Counted from the stretch's first letter, positions 36,497 through 47,943 are shown. The stretch is 64,000 nucleotides of DNA from Terriglobia bacterium (GCA_020073465.1 JAIQFC010000007.1:116345-180344), one strand, 5' to 3'. Translations and numbers: made by a program. The notes: generated by a model not told the origin, from the letters alone.

Positions 36497-36889
36497 CTAG
36501 GCCTTTTCTCCAGCCGATTGCGCGCGGGCCTTGCTTCTCCTCTTCGCCCGCTGTAACAGTTCCTCGACTCGCGCCTTCTCTCGCTCCGCGCGATCGAGCC
36601 GGAAGAACAACTCCGGAGCACGTCGCAAGCGGAGGCGGTCCGCAAGTTCGTGCCGGATGTACTCGCGAGCGGCTACCAGGCCTTCGAGGCTGCGGTCCGC
36701 TTCCGCGTCGTCACCATCGACATCCACTAAAACCTGCGCCGACCGGCCGTCGTCGGCCATGTGGACACCGCTTACGCTCACCAGGCCAATGCGCGGGTCC
36801 GCCAGTTCCCCCTCGACGAGGGTTTCGATCTCCTCGCGCAGGGCCTCGCCTAAACGGCCGCGATGGTACTTGACGCTGCGCTTCTCCAA
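36497..36889 (-). CDS. rbfA: Ribosome-binding factor A
   Basis: RLGEALREEIETLVEGELADPRIGLVSVSGVHMADDGRSAQVLV..., in the expected position downstream of infB. Confidence 0.9.
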   Translation of the reverse strand: MEKRSVKYHRGRLGEALREEIETLVEGELADPRIGLVSVSGVHMADDGRSAQVLVDVDGDDAEADRSLEGLVAAREYIRHELADRLRLRRAPELFFRLDRAEREKARVEELLQRAKRRSKARAQSAGEKA

Positions 36890-37023
36890 CCGTCACCTCG
36901 AAGTAAAACGCATGAGAATATCAGAAAACGGGCTCGCCGTGTTGTTCCTCTGGCTCTATTGTCGCGCAGTTTCGCGGGACGGGTTAAGTACAGAGGTAAC
37001 AAGGCAGTAGCGACGCGGTAGTT

Positions 37024-37314
37024 TCAGAGGTATTCAGAAAACGAATCCGTGACCTCGGCGCCATGATTGTTGGCAATGCGGGTGGCCTGGCGCTCCACGT
37101 TCTTCATCAGCCCGTCGAGGTAGTCGCGCGAATCGGAGACGCTGACGACACCGATCGTGGCCCGATTCCAAAGCCCGCTGGAATCCAGTTCCGCCACGGA
37201 AACGTTGAAACTGGCGCGCAGACAGTCTTTCAAGCTACGCACAACCTGGCGTTTGTCCTTGAGCGAGTGAGCGGCTTCGATGTGAAGTTCGAGGGTGAGG
37301 AAGGCGATGGGCAT
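37024..37314 (-). CDS. DUF503 (YlxP-like) protein
   Basis: MPIAFLTLELHIEAAHSLKDKRQVVRSLKDCLRASFNVSVAELD..., in the position between infB and rbfA. Confidence 0.88.
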   Translation of the reverse strand: MPIAFLTLELHIEAAHSLKDKRQVVRSLKDCLRASFNVSVAELDSSGLWNRATIGVVSVSDSRDYLDGLMKNVERQATRIANNHGAEVTDSFSEYL

Positions 37315-37388
37315 CAGTTCTCAGTTCCCGGTTCTCAGTTCTCAGTAAAACCAGCCGCCGCAATAACTGAGAACCGAGAACTGAGAAC
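37315..37388. repeat. Heptamer-word hairpin (CTGAGAA/GAGAAC family)
   Basis: cagttctcagttcccggttctcagttctcagt ... ctgagaaccgagaactgagaac. The 22-nt arms differ by 1 mismatch. It starts 1 nt from the DUF503 start codon. Confidence 0.8.
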
Positions 37389-37392
37389 TTTC

Positions 37393-40275
37393 TTACGCAA
37401 TCACTTCCGCGGCAATCCGCTCCGTGACGAATGCCTCGATCACATCGCGGACCTTGATGTCGCCATAGTTAGCAATGGAGATGCCGCATTCCATGCCGTT
37501 GTGGACTTCCTTGGCATCGTCCTTGAAGCGGCGCAGCGACCCAACCTTGCCCTTGAACACGACCACGTTATCGCGCAACAGACGCACTTCGGAATCCCGC
37601 TTGATGATGCCGTCGCTAACCCGGCAGCCGGCAACCGTCCCGACCTTCGGGATGCGGAAGGTTTCGAGAACCTCGGCGCGGCCCAGGTAGGTTTCCTTGA
37701 TCGTGGGTTCAAGCAGACCGCTCATGGCGCGCTTGATCTCGTCCTGCAGCTCGTAAATGATCGAGTGCAGGCGAATATCGACTTCTTCCTGCTCGGCGAG
37801 TTCCTGGGCCTTGCGTTCGGGCCGCACGTTGAAGCCGATGATGATCGCGTTCGACGCCGAAGCCAGCAACACATCGGTTTCGGTAATGGCGCCGACGCCG
37901 GAACGAAGAACCTTGAGGCGAACTTTGTCGTTCGAGAGCTTCGCCAGCAAGTCGCTCAGCACTTCGACCGAGCCCCCCACATCGCCCTTGAGGATGATGT
38001 TTAGTTCCTTGGTACCGGCCGTCTTGATCTGTTCCGCCAGTCCTTCCAGAGAAACGCGGGAACTCTTGGCCAGCGCCGCTTCCCGGGCTTTCTGCTCGCG
38101 GTATTCGGAGATGCCGCGGGCCTTGTCGCGATCGGCGACTACAACGAACTGATCGCCCGCTTGCGGCAGACCTTCCATGCCCAGGATTTCAACCGGTGTG
38201 GAAGGTGGAGCTGATTGCAGCGCGCCTCCGCGGTCGTCGAACATCGCACGGATCTTGCCGTAGACGTTGCCCACAACGAAATTGTCGCCCGCGTTCAACG
38301 TGCCGTTCTGGACCAACACCGTCGCTACAGGTCCGCGGCCGCGGTCCAGCTTGGCTTCGAGAACCACGCCCGTAGCGGCGCGCTCCATCGTAGCCTTCAG
38401 CTCTCCCAGATCAGCGACCAGGCAGATCATTTCCAGCAGCAAATTGAGATTCGTTTTCTTCTTCGCCGAGACATCGACAAAGACCGTCTTGCCGCCCCAA
38501 TCCTCCGGCATCAATCCGCGATCCGCCAGCTGTTTCTTAACGCGGTCGGGCAGGGCTTCCGGCTTATCGATTTTGTTGACCGCGACGATGATCGGCACTT
38601 CGGCAGCATGCGCGTGGTCGATCGCTTCCAGAGTTTGCGGCATGACGCCATCATCGGCGGCGACGACCAGCACAACGATATCGGTCGCCTTCGCGCCGCG
38701 GGCACGCATGCGGGTAAAGGCTTCGTGACCAGGCGTGTCGAGGAACACAATCTCGCGTCCAAAAGCCGGAGATTCCTTGTCCGTAATCCGTACCTTGTAG
38801 GCGCCGATGTGCTGCGTGATGCCTCCAGCCTCGCCTCCGGCAACGTTGGTCAAGCGAATGGCGTCAAGCAACGTGGTCTTGCCATGGTCGACGTGACCCA
38901 TGATGGTGACCACCGGGGGCCGCGACACTGCTTCCGCGGTCGATTCTTCGCCACTGGCGGCCGCGTCGATGTCTTTCGCGGCCTGCTCTTCGAATGTGAT
39001 GACATTTGTTTCTGCGCCGAAAAAGCGTGCCATTTCGCTGGCCAACTCGGCGTCGAGGGTCTGATTGATCGTCGCAAAGACGCCGCGTGCGAGCAGGCGA
39101 GAAATCAAATCCTTCGCGCGAATATCGAGCTTTTCTGCCAGATCCTTTACGCTGATGCCTTCAGTGATCGTAATGTTCCGTGTGATCGGCATCGGCTCGT
39201 TCGACACCACCATGCGTGGTGGCGGAACGTAGCCCTTCATCGGCCCTTCCTTCACTCCCCGCGGAACATAACGCTGCCCGGGGCGCCGGGCAGGCCCGCC
39301 GGGGCGGCTGCCGGGACGCGTCGTCCCCGGCGGCGGAAGTCCGGGACCAACTCCAATAGGACGCGTGCCGGTGGGCGAAGTGCGGGTGGGATGCATCGGA
39401 CGCCGCTCGCCAGGACGCAGGGGCGGACGCGGCGCACCAACTCCTCCCGGGGCCTGAGGACGAGGGCGCTGGAAAATCGGCTGACCCGGTACGGGCCGGC
39501 CCGGCGCAGGACGCGCAATCCCGGCCGTTGGGGCACCAGCTTGCATTGCGGGCGCGGCTGGCTTCGGTGGCGCCTTGTACACCGGGCGCGGGCCAGTCTG
39601 CGGCACAATCATGCGCGGCAGAGGAGCCGAAGGTGCAACCGGAGCAGCGACCGGACGCGGTGTTGCCACTGGAGTCGGTGGCGCAGCGGAAGCCGCAATG
39701 GACGGCGGCGCCGTGGCCGCAGGAGCAACCGGCGCAGCTGGCGCCACTGGCGCCACGGAACGTGCCGGAGGCGCAACCACCGTTGGCGCAGCTGGAACAG
39801 CAGGTTTTTCCGCGGGCACGGTAGCTGCAGGTTTGGCAACAGGCGCAGCGGGCGGCGCTACCACTGGCGCGGCCGGAGCCGCGGACACAGGCAGCGCGAC
39901 CGGCCTAGCGGCGGGCGGCACAACTACAGGCTTCGCAACTATCGGAGGTGCAACCGGACGCGCCGGAGGGGCCGCGCTCGCTTCCTTCTTCTGCGTAATG
40001 GCCTTGAGCACATCCCCGGGCCGGGAGATGTGCGACAGATCGATCTTGGTCTTGATTTCTTCTTCGCCGCGCAGGGGGCGGGTGGACTTGGTGGCGTGCG
40101 TCTGCGCTTCGCTGGAGGCGCGGAAGTGGGCGCGTACTTTCTCTGCTTCGTGCTCTTCCAAAGAACTGGAATGCGTCTTCTTCTCAGTCACCCCGACGAG
40201 CGGTAACACGTCGAGAATGGCTTTGCTTTTGACTTCCAGCTCCCTGGCGAGATCGTTGATTCGAACCTTGCTCAT
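37393..40275 (-). CDS. infB: Translation initiation factor IF-2
   Basis: 960 aa. A/P-rich N-terminal region and G-domain motifs [24 protein letters not shown]. Confidence 0.97.
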   Translation of the reverse strand: MSKVRINDLARELEVKSKAILDVLPLVGVTEKKTHSSSLEEHEAEKVRAHFRASSEAQTHATKSTRPLRGEEEIKTKIDLSHISRPGDVLKAITQKKEASAAPPARPVAPPIVAKPVVVPPAARPVALPVSAAPAAPVVAPPAAPVAKPAATVPAEKPAVPAAPTVVAPPARSVAPVAPAAPVAPAATAPPSIAASAAPPTPVATPRPVAAPVAPSAPLPRMIVPQTGPRPVYKAPPKPAAPAMQAGAPTAGIARPAPGRPVPGQPIFQRPRPQAPGGVGAPRPPLRPGERRPMHPTRTSPTGTRPIGVGPGLPPPGTTRPGSRPGGPARRPGQRYVPRGVKEGPMKGYVPPPRMVVSNEPMPITRNITITEGISVKDLAEKLDIRAKDLISRLLARGVFATINQTLDAELASEMARFFGAETNVITFEEQAAKDIDAAASGEESTAEAVSRPPVVTIMGHVDHGKTTLLDAIRLTNVAGGEAGGITQHIGAYKVRITDKESPAFGREIVFLDTPGHEAFTRMRARGAKATDIVVLVVAADDGVMPQTLEAIDHAHAAEVPIIVAVNKIDKPEALPDRVKKQLADRGLMPEDWGGKTVFVDVSAKKKTNLNLLLEMICLVADLGELKATMERAATGVVLEAKLDRGRGPVATVLVQNGTLNAGDNFVVGNVYGKIRAMFDDRGGALQSAPPSTPVEILGMEGLPQAGDQFVVVADRDKARGISEYREQKAREAALAKSSRVSLEGLAEQIKTAGTKELNIILKGDVGGSVEVLSDLLAKLSNDKVRLKVLRSGVGAITETDVLLASASNAIIIGFNVRPERKAQELAEQEEVDIRLHSIIYELQDEIKRAMSGLLEPTIKETYLGRAEVLETFRIPKVGTVAGCRVSDGIIKRDSEVRLLRDNVVVFKGKVGSLRRFKDDAKEVHNGMECGISIANYGDIKVRDVIEAFVTERIAAEVIA

Positions 40276-40381
40276 CCGGCCTTTCTTGCTCCCCGCGTTG
40301 TGCTTAGGTCTTCATCGCAGCCTCACGGAGTCAGCTTCTTCGACTCGCACGCCGTCAGAACTATGCCTGTGCGTGCCATGA

Positions 40382-41896
40382 CTATTCTTTTGCTTCGGGA
40401 GCAGCGCCTTCTTCCGGCGCCTGCCCAGATTCTGATTCGGGCAAGGTAGTTCCGGCTTCCGCCGATGCTTCCTCAACTGCGGCTTGCTCGCCTCCGGCGG
40501 AGATTTCCGCCAGACCTTCTTCAGCCTCAGTTACGGCACTCTCCGGCGCGGCTTCACCTTCGGCGGCGGAGGCTTCTTCCGCAGCAGCCTCGCCCTCGGC
40601 GGCAACGGCCTCGCCCGGCTCCAGGCTGGCGAAATAGTTATTCACCGCAAGACTGATTTTTTCCACCGTCTTGGGCCCGATGCCCTCGATGGCCTCCAAC
40701 TGCTCCGGCGTCATGTCGGCGAGAGCCTCGACCGTGGTCACACCGGCCGCACTCAGCTTCTCGACCAGGCCCTCACCCAGCCCCGGAACGTTCTCCAGCG
40801 GGGTCGCTGCCTGCGGGGCAAGAGCTGCCATCTGCTGCTCGACTTCCTGACGCTTCTCTTCTTCGCTCTTGATGTCGATCTTCCAGCCCAGCAGCTTCGC
40901 CGCCAGACGGACGTTCTGCCCCTTCTTGCCGATAGCAAGGGAGAGTTGGCTGTCATCGACCACCACTTCGAGATGCTTGTCGGAGCTGTCGACGATCGTC
41001 ACGCGGCTCACCTTCGCCGGTTGCAGAGCCTTTTCCGCGAAGGTCACGGCATCTTCGTGGTACTCGATAATGTCGATCTTCTCTCCACGCAACTCGCGGA
41101 TGATCGACTGCACACGCATGCCCTTCATGCCGACGCACGCGCCGACTGCGTCCACGTCCTTATCCTTGGACATGACCGCGATCTTCGTGCGCTCTCCAGC
41201 TTCACGCGCGATTGCGCGGATTACAACTGTCCCGTCGTAAATCTCCGGCACTTCAGTCTGGAACAGGTGCTGGACCAGCTCCGGTGCTGCGCGTGACACG
41301 ACCACGCCAGGGCCTTTCGAGGCTCTCTCCACGCGAGCAATCACCGCCCGAACCCGTTCGCCGATGGCAAACGACTCCAGCCGCGATTGCTCCTTCCGCG
41401 GCATGCGGGCTTCCGCCTTGCCGATGTCAAAGATCACATCCGGACCTTCCACCCGCTTCACCGTGGCGTTGACGATCTCGCCCACGCGTCCGATGTACTC
41501 GTTGTAAACCGTATCGCGCTCCGCCTCGCGCACTTTCTGGAAAATGACCTGCTTCGCCAGCTGTGCCGCGATGCGCCCCAGAATGCCCTCGGTGACCTTG
41601 GGAATCTGCAGCTCTCCCCCGACCTCCAGATTGGGATCGACCTTGCGCGCCTCTTCCAGCGTGACCTGCAGGTTGGGGTCCTCCACCTGCTCAGCGCTCT
41701 CCACCACAGTCTTCACCGCAAAGGCATGAATCTTGCCCGTCTCTTTGTCCAGCTGGGCGCGTAGATTCTCCTGCGACTTGTAGTATTTGCGCGTGGCCAT
41801 GACGATGGCGTCTTCCACCGCGCTCACCACAATCTGCGGATCAATGCCTTTTTCCCGGCTGAGGGCGTCGATGGTGTTGTAGAGCTCACTTGCCAT
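40382..41896 (-). CDS. nusA: Transcription termination/antitermination factor NusA (with acidic E/A-rich C-terminal tail)
   Basis: I trimmed to ATG 41896: MASELYNTIDALSREKGIDP.... It has S1, KH and HhH regions. Confidence 0.95.
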   Translation of the reverse strand: MASELYNTIDALSREKGIDPQIVVSAVEDAIVMATRKYYKSQENLRAQLDKETGKIHAFAVKTVVESAEQVEDPNLQVTLEEARKVDPNLEVGGELQIPKVTEGILGRIAAQLAKQVIFQKVREAERDTVYNEYIGRVGEIVNATVKRVEGPDVIFDIGKAEARMPRKEQSRLESFAIGERVRAVIARVERASKGPGVVVSRAAPELVQHLFQTEVPEIYDGTVVIRAIAREAGERTKIAVMSKDKDVDAVGACVGMKGMRVQSIIRELRGEKIDIIEYHEDAVTFAEKALQPAKVSRVTIVDSSDKHLEVVVDDSQLSLAIGKKGQNVRLAAKLLGWKIDIKSEEEKRQEVEQQMAALAPQAATPLENVPGLGEGLVEKLSAAGVTTVEALADMTPEQLEAIEGIGPKTVEKISLAVNNYFASLEPGEAVAAEGEAAAEEASAAEGEAAPESAVTEAEEGLAEISAGGEQAAVEEASAEAGTTLPESESGQAPEEGAAPEAKE

Positions 41897-41922
41897 AAAA
41901 GTTCCGCTATGAAGCGGCCTCA

Positions 41923-41974
41923 GGTCTTGGGTCTTAGGCAAAACCCTAAGACCTAACTCCAACGACCTAAGACC
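41923..41974. repeat. Heptamer-word hairpin (GGTCTTA/TAAGACC family)
   Basis: ggtcttgggtcttagg caaaac cctaagacctaactccaacgacctaagacc. Confidence 0.65.
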
Positions 41975-41979
41975 GACTT

Positions 41980-42519
41980 TCAGATCTCGGGCACTAGATT
42001 CGCCTTCTCCACATTGGCGAATTCGATCTCGATCGTCTGCCGCTCGTCGCCTTTCGCGCCCATTTTCTTGCGCGACTTCTTGCTCGCCACACTCAAATCC
42101 AGTGTCAGACGTCCATCTCGAAAGCTTTCCAGACGCCCTTCGAAAAACTTGTTGTTGTTCACCGGCTGCCGCGTCATCAACTTTAAACGACTACCGGTGA
42201 ACCGCTCGAAGTCCGCCGGCCGCGTCAGCTTCCGATCCAATCCCGGCGACGAAACTTCCAGCGTGTACGACCCGCCCGGGACCGCATCCTCGACATCCAG
42301 GATCGTCCCAAACTCGCGGCTGAAGTTGGCGCAGTCTTCGTGCGTCACTCCCGCCAGCGGATCAGACCCCGCCGCAGGCTTGTCCAGAAACACCCGCAGC
42401 ATGCGAGCTTTGCCTCCGCCGCGAAGCTCCACTTCCACGACTTCCAACCCGCTGGAGGCGGCCACGCGCTCCGCAATTTCCCGCACGCGATCAACGTCAA
42501 GCGCCATGAATCCAGTCAC
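41980..42519 (-). CDS. rimP: Ribosome maturation factor RimP
   Basis: LEVVEVELRGGGKARMLRVFLDKP..., in the position upstream of nusA. Confidence 0.9.
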   Translation of the reverse strand: MTGFMALDVDRVREIAERVAASSGLEVVEVELRGGGKARMLRVFLDKPAAGSDPLAGVTHEDCANFSREFGTILDVEDAVPGGSYTLEVSSPGLDRKLTRPADFERFTGSRLKLMTRQPVNNNKFFEGRLESFRDGRLTLDLSVASKKSRKKMGAKGDERQTIEIEFANVEKANLVPEI

Positions 42520-42556
42520 TTAGGGGCGAGCCGCCCGGCCACCCATAGGCCGAAAG

Positions 42557-42579
42557 TAAAAAGTGGGCTTGCGCCCACT
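42557..42579 (-). promoter_or_regulatory. Intrinsic-terminator-like hairpin in the rimP-nusA-infB leader (possible attenuator)
   Basis: The minus strand reads AGTGGGC gcaa GCCCACT followed by TTTTTA, about 40 nt upstream of the rimP start. Confidence 0.45.
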
Positions 42580-42749
42580 GGTGTGCTCCGCCAAATGCTG
42601 GGTACTACACAACAGTTCTCAGTTTTCTAATATACGCCTGCCCGGGGGTAAAAGACAAACAGCAAGGACAGTTGAGAAACTGTCCCAATACGCGCCACAG
42701 GAGCGAAGAAAAGCAGATAGCATTGGTGCTAGCCGTGGGAAGTGCTGAA

Positions 42750-44525
42750 ATGACTAGGAATCGAGCTGGCAAGATAGTTACAGTGCTGACCCTTGCTGCG
42801 CTTACCTTGATGGCCTCAAGATGCGGCGGCGGGCAGAATGGTTCGCAGCAGCCGCCGCCACCGCCGGCGATTACCGTCGGCGCCCTGGTACCGTCCTACA
42901 CAGTCGCAGGTGGGAATGACTTCAACTTCTTCGTAAATGGCAGTGGATTTACCACTGCCTCGGTAGTCCAGTGGAACGGGACTCCGGTCCCCACGACGTT
43001 CGGCACAAACGCCATTCTGACGGCTTCCGTCTCAACTTCTTTGATCGCAACCCCAGGGATGGCGAGCATCACGGTCAAGGATTCCTCCTCGGGCGCTACT
43101 TCGAACGCGGAGCCCTTCGGGATCGCTTCGCCCGCGGCCGCGACCGCTGGGGTAATCGCAATGATTACGGTCGCAGCCGATGGCACTCCCCCGAACGGAG
43201 ACAGCCTGGTGGCACCGTCGATCAGCGCCACCGGGCGATATGTGAGCTTCCAGTCGAATGCTACGAACCTTGCTCCCGGCCCGGCCAGCGGCTACCAGGA
43301 AATCTACGAACGTGATACTTGCATTGGTGCGCCCGCGGGATGCGTCCCAACCACAATACGAATTACGGTCACGCATGATGGTTCCCCCGTCAATTTCCAC
43401 AGTCTCGACTCAGCCATCAGTGCCGACGGCAGATATGTTGCATTCGACTCAGAGGCGACGAACATTCTGCCGAACACTGATGTTTGCGGGTCCTTCTGCG
43501 TGTTCCTGCGTGATACGTGCAATGGGGCACCGGCCGGCTGTAACCCAAACACTACTCTCGTTACCGTTGCATCGGACGGTAGCCCGGTGGGCAGCGCTAA
43601 TCCTTCGATTAGTCCGGATGGCAGGTTCGTGGCATTCAATTCTTTTTCCGCAAACATCGTGAGCGGCAACGGCGGCGGGGTTGGGCAAGCATTTGTGCGG
43701 GACACATGCAACGGCGCACCGTCAGGTTGCACACCGGGCAACACTCTCATATCGGTTCCATCCAGCGGAACTGAAGACAACGCCACTACTGGGTTACCCG
43801 CGATCAGTGCGACTGCCCGTTACTTTGCGTTTCAATCATGGGCGACGAATATACTTCCTAATGAGGCCGGGCTGCCGGGCAATTTCTGGCGGGACACGTG
43901 TATTGGTGGCCCTCCGGCTTGTATTCCCACCACAACCCGCGCGGATGTAACCGCAAACGGAGCCCAGCCTAATAATGGTATTTTCAGCGGCACGATTCCT
44001 GCCATCACACGCGATGGCCGACTGGTGGCTTTTGCCTCCACTGCGACCAATCTCGTCTCTGCGAACGTGAACGGCATCGGCAATGTGTACGTGCGCGACA
44101 CTTGCACAGGTGCCCCAGCTAGTTGTACTGCCACCACCAGCCTGGTTTCACTGGCGAATGATGGATCTGTGGGCAACTGCGGAAGCCCCAGCCAGGGTCT
44201 GGCTATGAGTTCGAATGGCCGTTTCGTGGCATTTGACTCGATTGCTACGAATCTCACGCCCGACGACAACTTTCCCGCGTGTAGTTTCGAAGACGTCTTC
44301 GTGCGGGACTCCTGTTTTGGGGTTGCATCCGGCTGTACACCCAGCACGGTCCGTGTCTCGGTAACTGATACGCCCAATCCACAGACACCCGGATTTGACT
44401 TCAGCCGCCTGCCCGCTATCAGCGGCGATGGCCATTATGTGGTGTTCTTGTCCGCCGCGACGAACCTAATACCGGGAGGAACGAACGGCCATCAGATGGT
44501 GCTTCTGGCCAAGACTGGTTTTTAG
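42750..44525 (+). CDS. Lipoprotein: IPT/TIG domain followed by about seven PD40/TolB-like propeller repeats, each with a conserved Cys pair
   Basis: I trimmed to ATG 42750. Lipobox-like LTLMASRC. The repeat unit is IS.DGR[YF]VAF.S.ATNL...V[FY].RDTC.GAP.GC.P.T..V.V..DG. Confidence 0.8.
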   Translation: MTRNRAGKIVTVLTLAALTLMASRCGGGQNGSQQPPPPPAITVGALVPSYTVAGGNDFNFFVNGSGFTTASVVQWNGTPVPTTFGTNAILTASVSTSLIATPGMASITVKDSSSGATSNAEPFGIASPAAATAGVIAMITVAADGTPPNGDSLVAPSISATGRYVSFQSNATNLAPGPASGYQEIYERDTCIGAPAGCVPTTIRITVTHDGSPVNFHSLDSAISADGRYVAFDSEATNILPNTDVCGSFCVFLRDTCNGAPAGCNPNTTLVTVASDGSPVGSANPSISPDGRFVAFNSFSANIVSGNGGGVGQAFVRDTCNGAPSGCTPGNTLISVPSSGTEDNATTGLPAISATARYFAFQSWATNILPNEAGLPGNFWRDTCIGGPPACIPTTTRADVTANGAQPNNGIFSGTIPAITRDGRLVAFASTATNLVSANVNGIGNVYVRDTCTGAPASCTATTSLVSLANDGSVGNCGSPSQGLAMSSNGRFVAFDSIATNLTPDDNFPACSFEDVFVRDSCFGVASGCTPSTVRVSVTDTPNPQTPGFDFSRLPAISGDGHYVVFLSAATNLIPGGTNGHQMVLLAKTGF

Positions 44526-44542
44526 CTGAGAGTGGTGCATAG

Positions 44543-46138
<1,596 letters not shown>

Positions 46139-46160
46139 GGCGGCTGGCGTCGAAGGGAAG

Positions 46161-46230
46161 GGCACGACTTCCAGTCGTGCCATCACGCGGGCCGGAGATT
46201 TCGGGCTTCAGCCCCTGAGGGGATCTCCGG
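46161..46230. repeat. Two adjacent hairpins downstream of guaB (dispersed-repeat-like, possible terminator)
   Basis: GGCACGAC ttcca GTCGTGCC, then CCGGAGATttcgggcttcagcccctgaggggATCTCCGG. Confidence 0.5.
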
Positions 46231-46267
46231 CAGCGGGTTTCCTCTCACTCACGGGGCCGGATCCCGC

Positions 46268-46762
46268 TTGAGTTCCGGTCGACATGAAGTACTAAAAGCC
46301 TGGATCGCCGCGCTCTTGTGGCTGATCGTGATCGCCATCGAGTCGAGCGCCCTGCTCTCCGCCCACAACACCAGCCGGATTCTCTATCCCATTGCGCATT
46401 TCCTGTTCGGCATTGACTGGCCCCACTTCCAGCCCTGGCACTTCTACATTCGCAAGAGCGGTCATGTTGTCGGTTACGCGATCCTGAGCGTCCTGCTCTT
46501 CCGTGCCTGGCGCGCAACCTGGGCAGATGAAGACAGCCGCAAGTGGACGACCCGTTGGGCGACCATCGCAATTGTGGGGACTTTGCTCGTGGCCAGCCTC
46601 GACGAATGGCACCAGAGCTTTCTTGCCTCGCGCACGGGAAGGTGGCAGGACGTTGTGCTCGATACTGGCGCCGGCGTGCTGGCTCAGGTCCTGTTGCTTT
46701 TCTGGGCGGGCGCCACCAAGAGAAGGACTGCGGAGATTGCAGCCAAGCCTGCTGAAAAGTAG
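46268..46762 (+). CDS. VanZ-like family membrane protein
   Basis: IRKSGHVVGYAILSVLLFRAW and DEWHQSFLASRTGRWQDVVLDTGAGVL. Confidence 0.8.
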   Translation: MSSGRHEVLKAWIAALLWLIVIAIESSALLSAHNTSRILYPIAHFLFGIDWPHFQPWHFYIRKSGHVVGYAILSVLLFRAWRATWADEDSRKWTTRWATIAIVGTLLVASLDEWHQSFLASRTGRWQDVVLDTGAGVLAQVLLLFWAGATKRRTAEIAAKPAEK

Positions 46763-47889
46763 AAAGGCACGCTTGCTCCGTAAAGCTTCCACAGTTCCCC
46801 TGTGATCAGGCTCGCTGCCAGCGTAGCCACGCTGGTCACGAAGAAGTAGATGCCCAGAGCACGGCCGCGCACATCCTGACTGACCGCCTCAACCACCAAC
46901 GCCTTCAATACGGGCTGCGTGAGCGCGTAATACAAACCGTAAATCGCCATCGAGAGCCAGATCGCAAGCATGGACGGCGCTCGTCCGAAAACAAAATACA
47001 CCGCCCCAAAGATCGCGTAGCCCGTGGCGGCAATCCAGCGGCGCGAGAAGCGGTCGCTGAACCAGCCTGCAGGCCACGAGCCCAGCGTATAGATCAGGTT
47101 GAACACCAGTCCGAGCAGAGGCGCCAGCGATACCGGGATGCCGACATTCTCCGCCCGCAAGACCAGAAACATGTCGCTCGAATTGCCCAGCGAAAAGAGA
47201 GCCACCGCCACGAGTACGAAGTAAAACCTTCCCGAGAGCTTTGGCCCGGCAAACAAGGAGGGCATTGCCTTTTGCGTGCCGCCCTGGTTCCGGGTGCCGG
47301 CACGACGGCCGGTCTCCCGAATACCGAATACCGCAACCAGCACACATAATGCTCCCGGAACCGCGGCGGCCCAGAACACGCCCCGGGTTCCGTAGCGCGC
47401 CAGCATAGCGAGCGCGGTCAGCGGGCCCGCGATGGCACCCGCCGAATCCATCGATTGAATCAGTCCATACGCGGAGCCCAGCCGGTTCTCTCCCACGGAC
47501 TCGGCCACCATGACGTCGCGCGGAGCCCCACGCACCCCCTTGGCCAGCCGGTCGACGAAGCGTATGGGCAGGATTTGCCACCAGGACGTGACCACCGCCA
47601 AAATCGGCTTCACTGCGTTGGCGACGAAGTATCCCGCGACCACCAGCGGCTTGCGGCGTTCAATGTGGTCAGTGAGATATCCGGAAAACAGCTTGGCGAA
47701 CGATGCGACACTCTCGGCAATCCCCTCGATCAATCCCAACTGCGCCGGCCCCGCGCCCAGCGACGCCAGGAACGCTGGCAGCACCCAGTACGCCATCTCA
47801 CTGGCGGTGTCATTTAGGAAGGACGTGATGCCGAAGGCGTAGAGGTTGCGAGCCGCGGAAGGACCATGCTCGGGCGAGCCTGCAGACAT
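46684..47889 (-). CDS. MFS transporter
   Basis: 401 aa with 12 TM helices and an MFS loop motif LTDHIERRKPLVV. Confidence 0.85.
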   Translation of the reverse strand: MSAGSPEHGPSAARNLYAFGITSFLNDTASEMAYWVLPAFLASLGAGPAQLGLIEGIAESVASFAKLFSGYLTDHIERRKPLVVAGYFVANAVKPILAVVTSWWQILPIRFVDRLAKGVRGAPRDVMVAESVGENRLGSAYGLIQSMDSAGAIAGPLTALAMLARYGTRGVFWAAAVPGALCVLVAVFGIRETGRRAGTRNQGGTQKAMPSLFAGPKLSGRFYFVLVAVALFSLGNSSDMFLVLRAENVGIPVSLAPLLGLVFNLIYTLGSWPAGWFSDRFSRRWIAATGYAIFGAVYFVFGRAPSMLAIWLSMAIYGLYYALTQPVLKALVVEAVSQDVRGRALGIYFFVTSVATLAASLITGELWKLYGASVPFYFSAGLAAISAVLLLVAPAQKSNRT

Positions 47890-47890
47890 G

Positions 47891-47943
47891 AACCAGTTTT
47901 ACCACGGCAGAGAAACTGAGAACTGACAACTGAGAACTGGTTT
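47891..47943. repeat. Heptamer-word element (CTGAGAA family), short
   Basis: aaccagtttt...ctgagaactgacaactgagaactggttt. Confidence 0.5.

Noticed and set aside
35545-36645. Full-length 366-aa track ORF for the DHH phosphoesterase
   Set aside because: The first 51 codons overlap rbfA in another frame. ATG 36492 sits 4 nt after the rbfA stop and gives the normal NrnA N-terminus.
37063-38004. 313-aa plus-strand ORF
   Set aside because: It is antisense to the DUF503 gene and the 3' part of infB. Its composition is typical of a shadow frame.
39500-39960. Low-complexity GC-rich DNA with recurring GCAGC/GGCGC units, considered as a tandem repeat or CRISPR-like array
   Set aside because: It encodes the Ala/Pro-rich linker of IF-2 in frame (PAAPVAPAA...). 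There is no fixed repeat-spacer periodicity.
38215-40206. 663-aa plus-strand ORF, extremely Arg-rich
   Set aside because: It lies entirely antisense to infB, which has unambiguous IF-2 G-domain motifs. Long stop-free antisense frames are expected in high-GC coding DNA, and no domain is recognisable.
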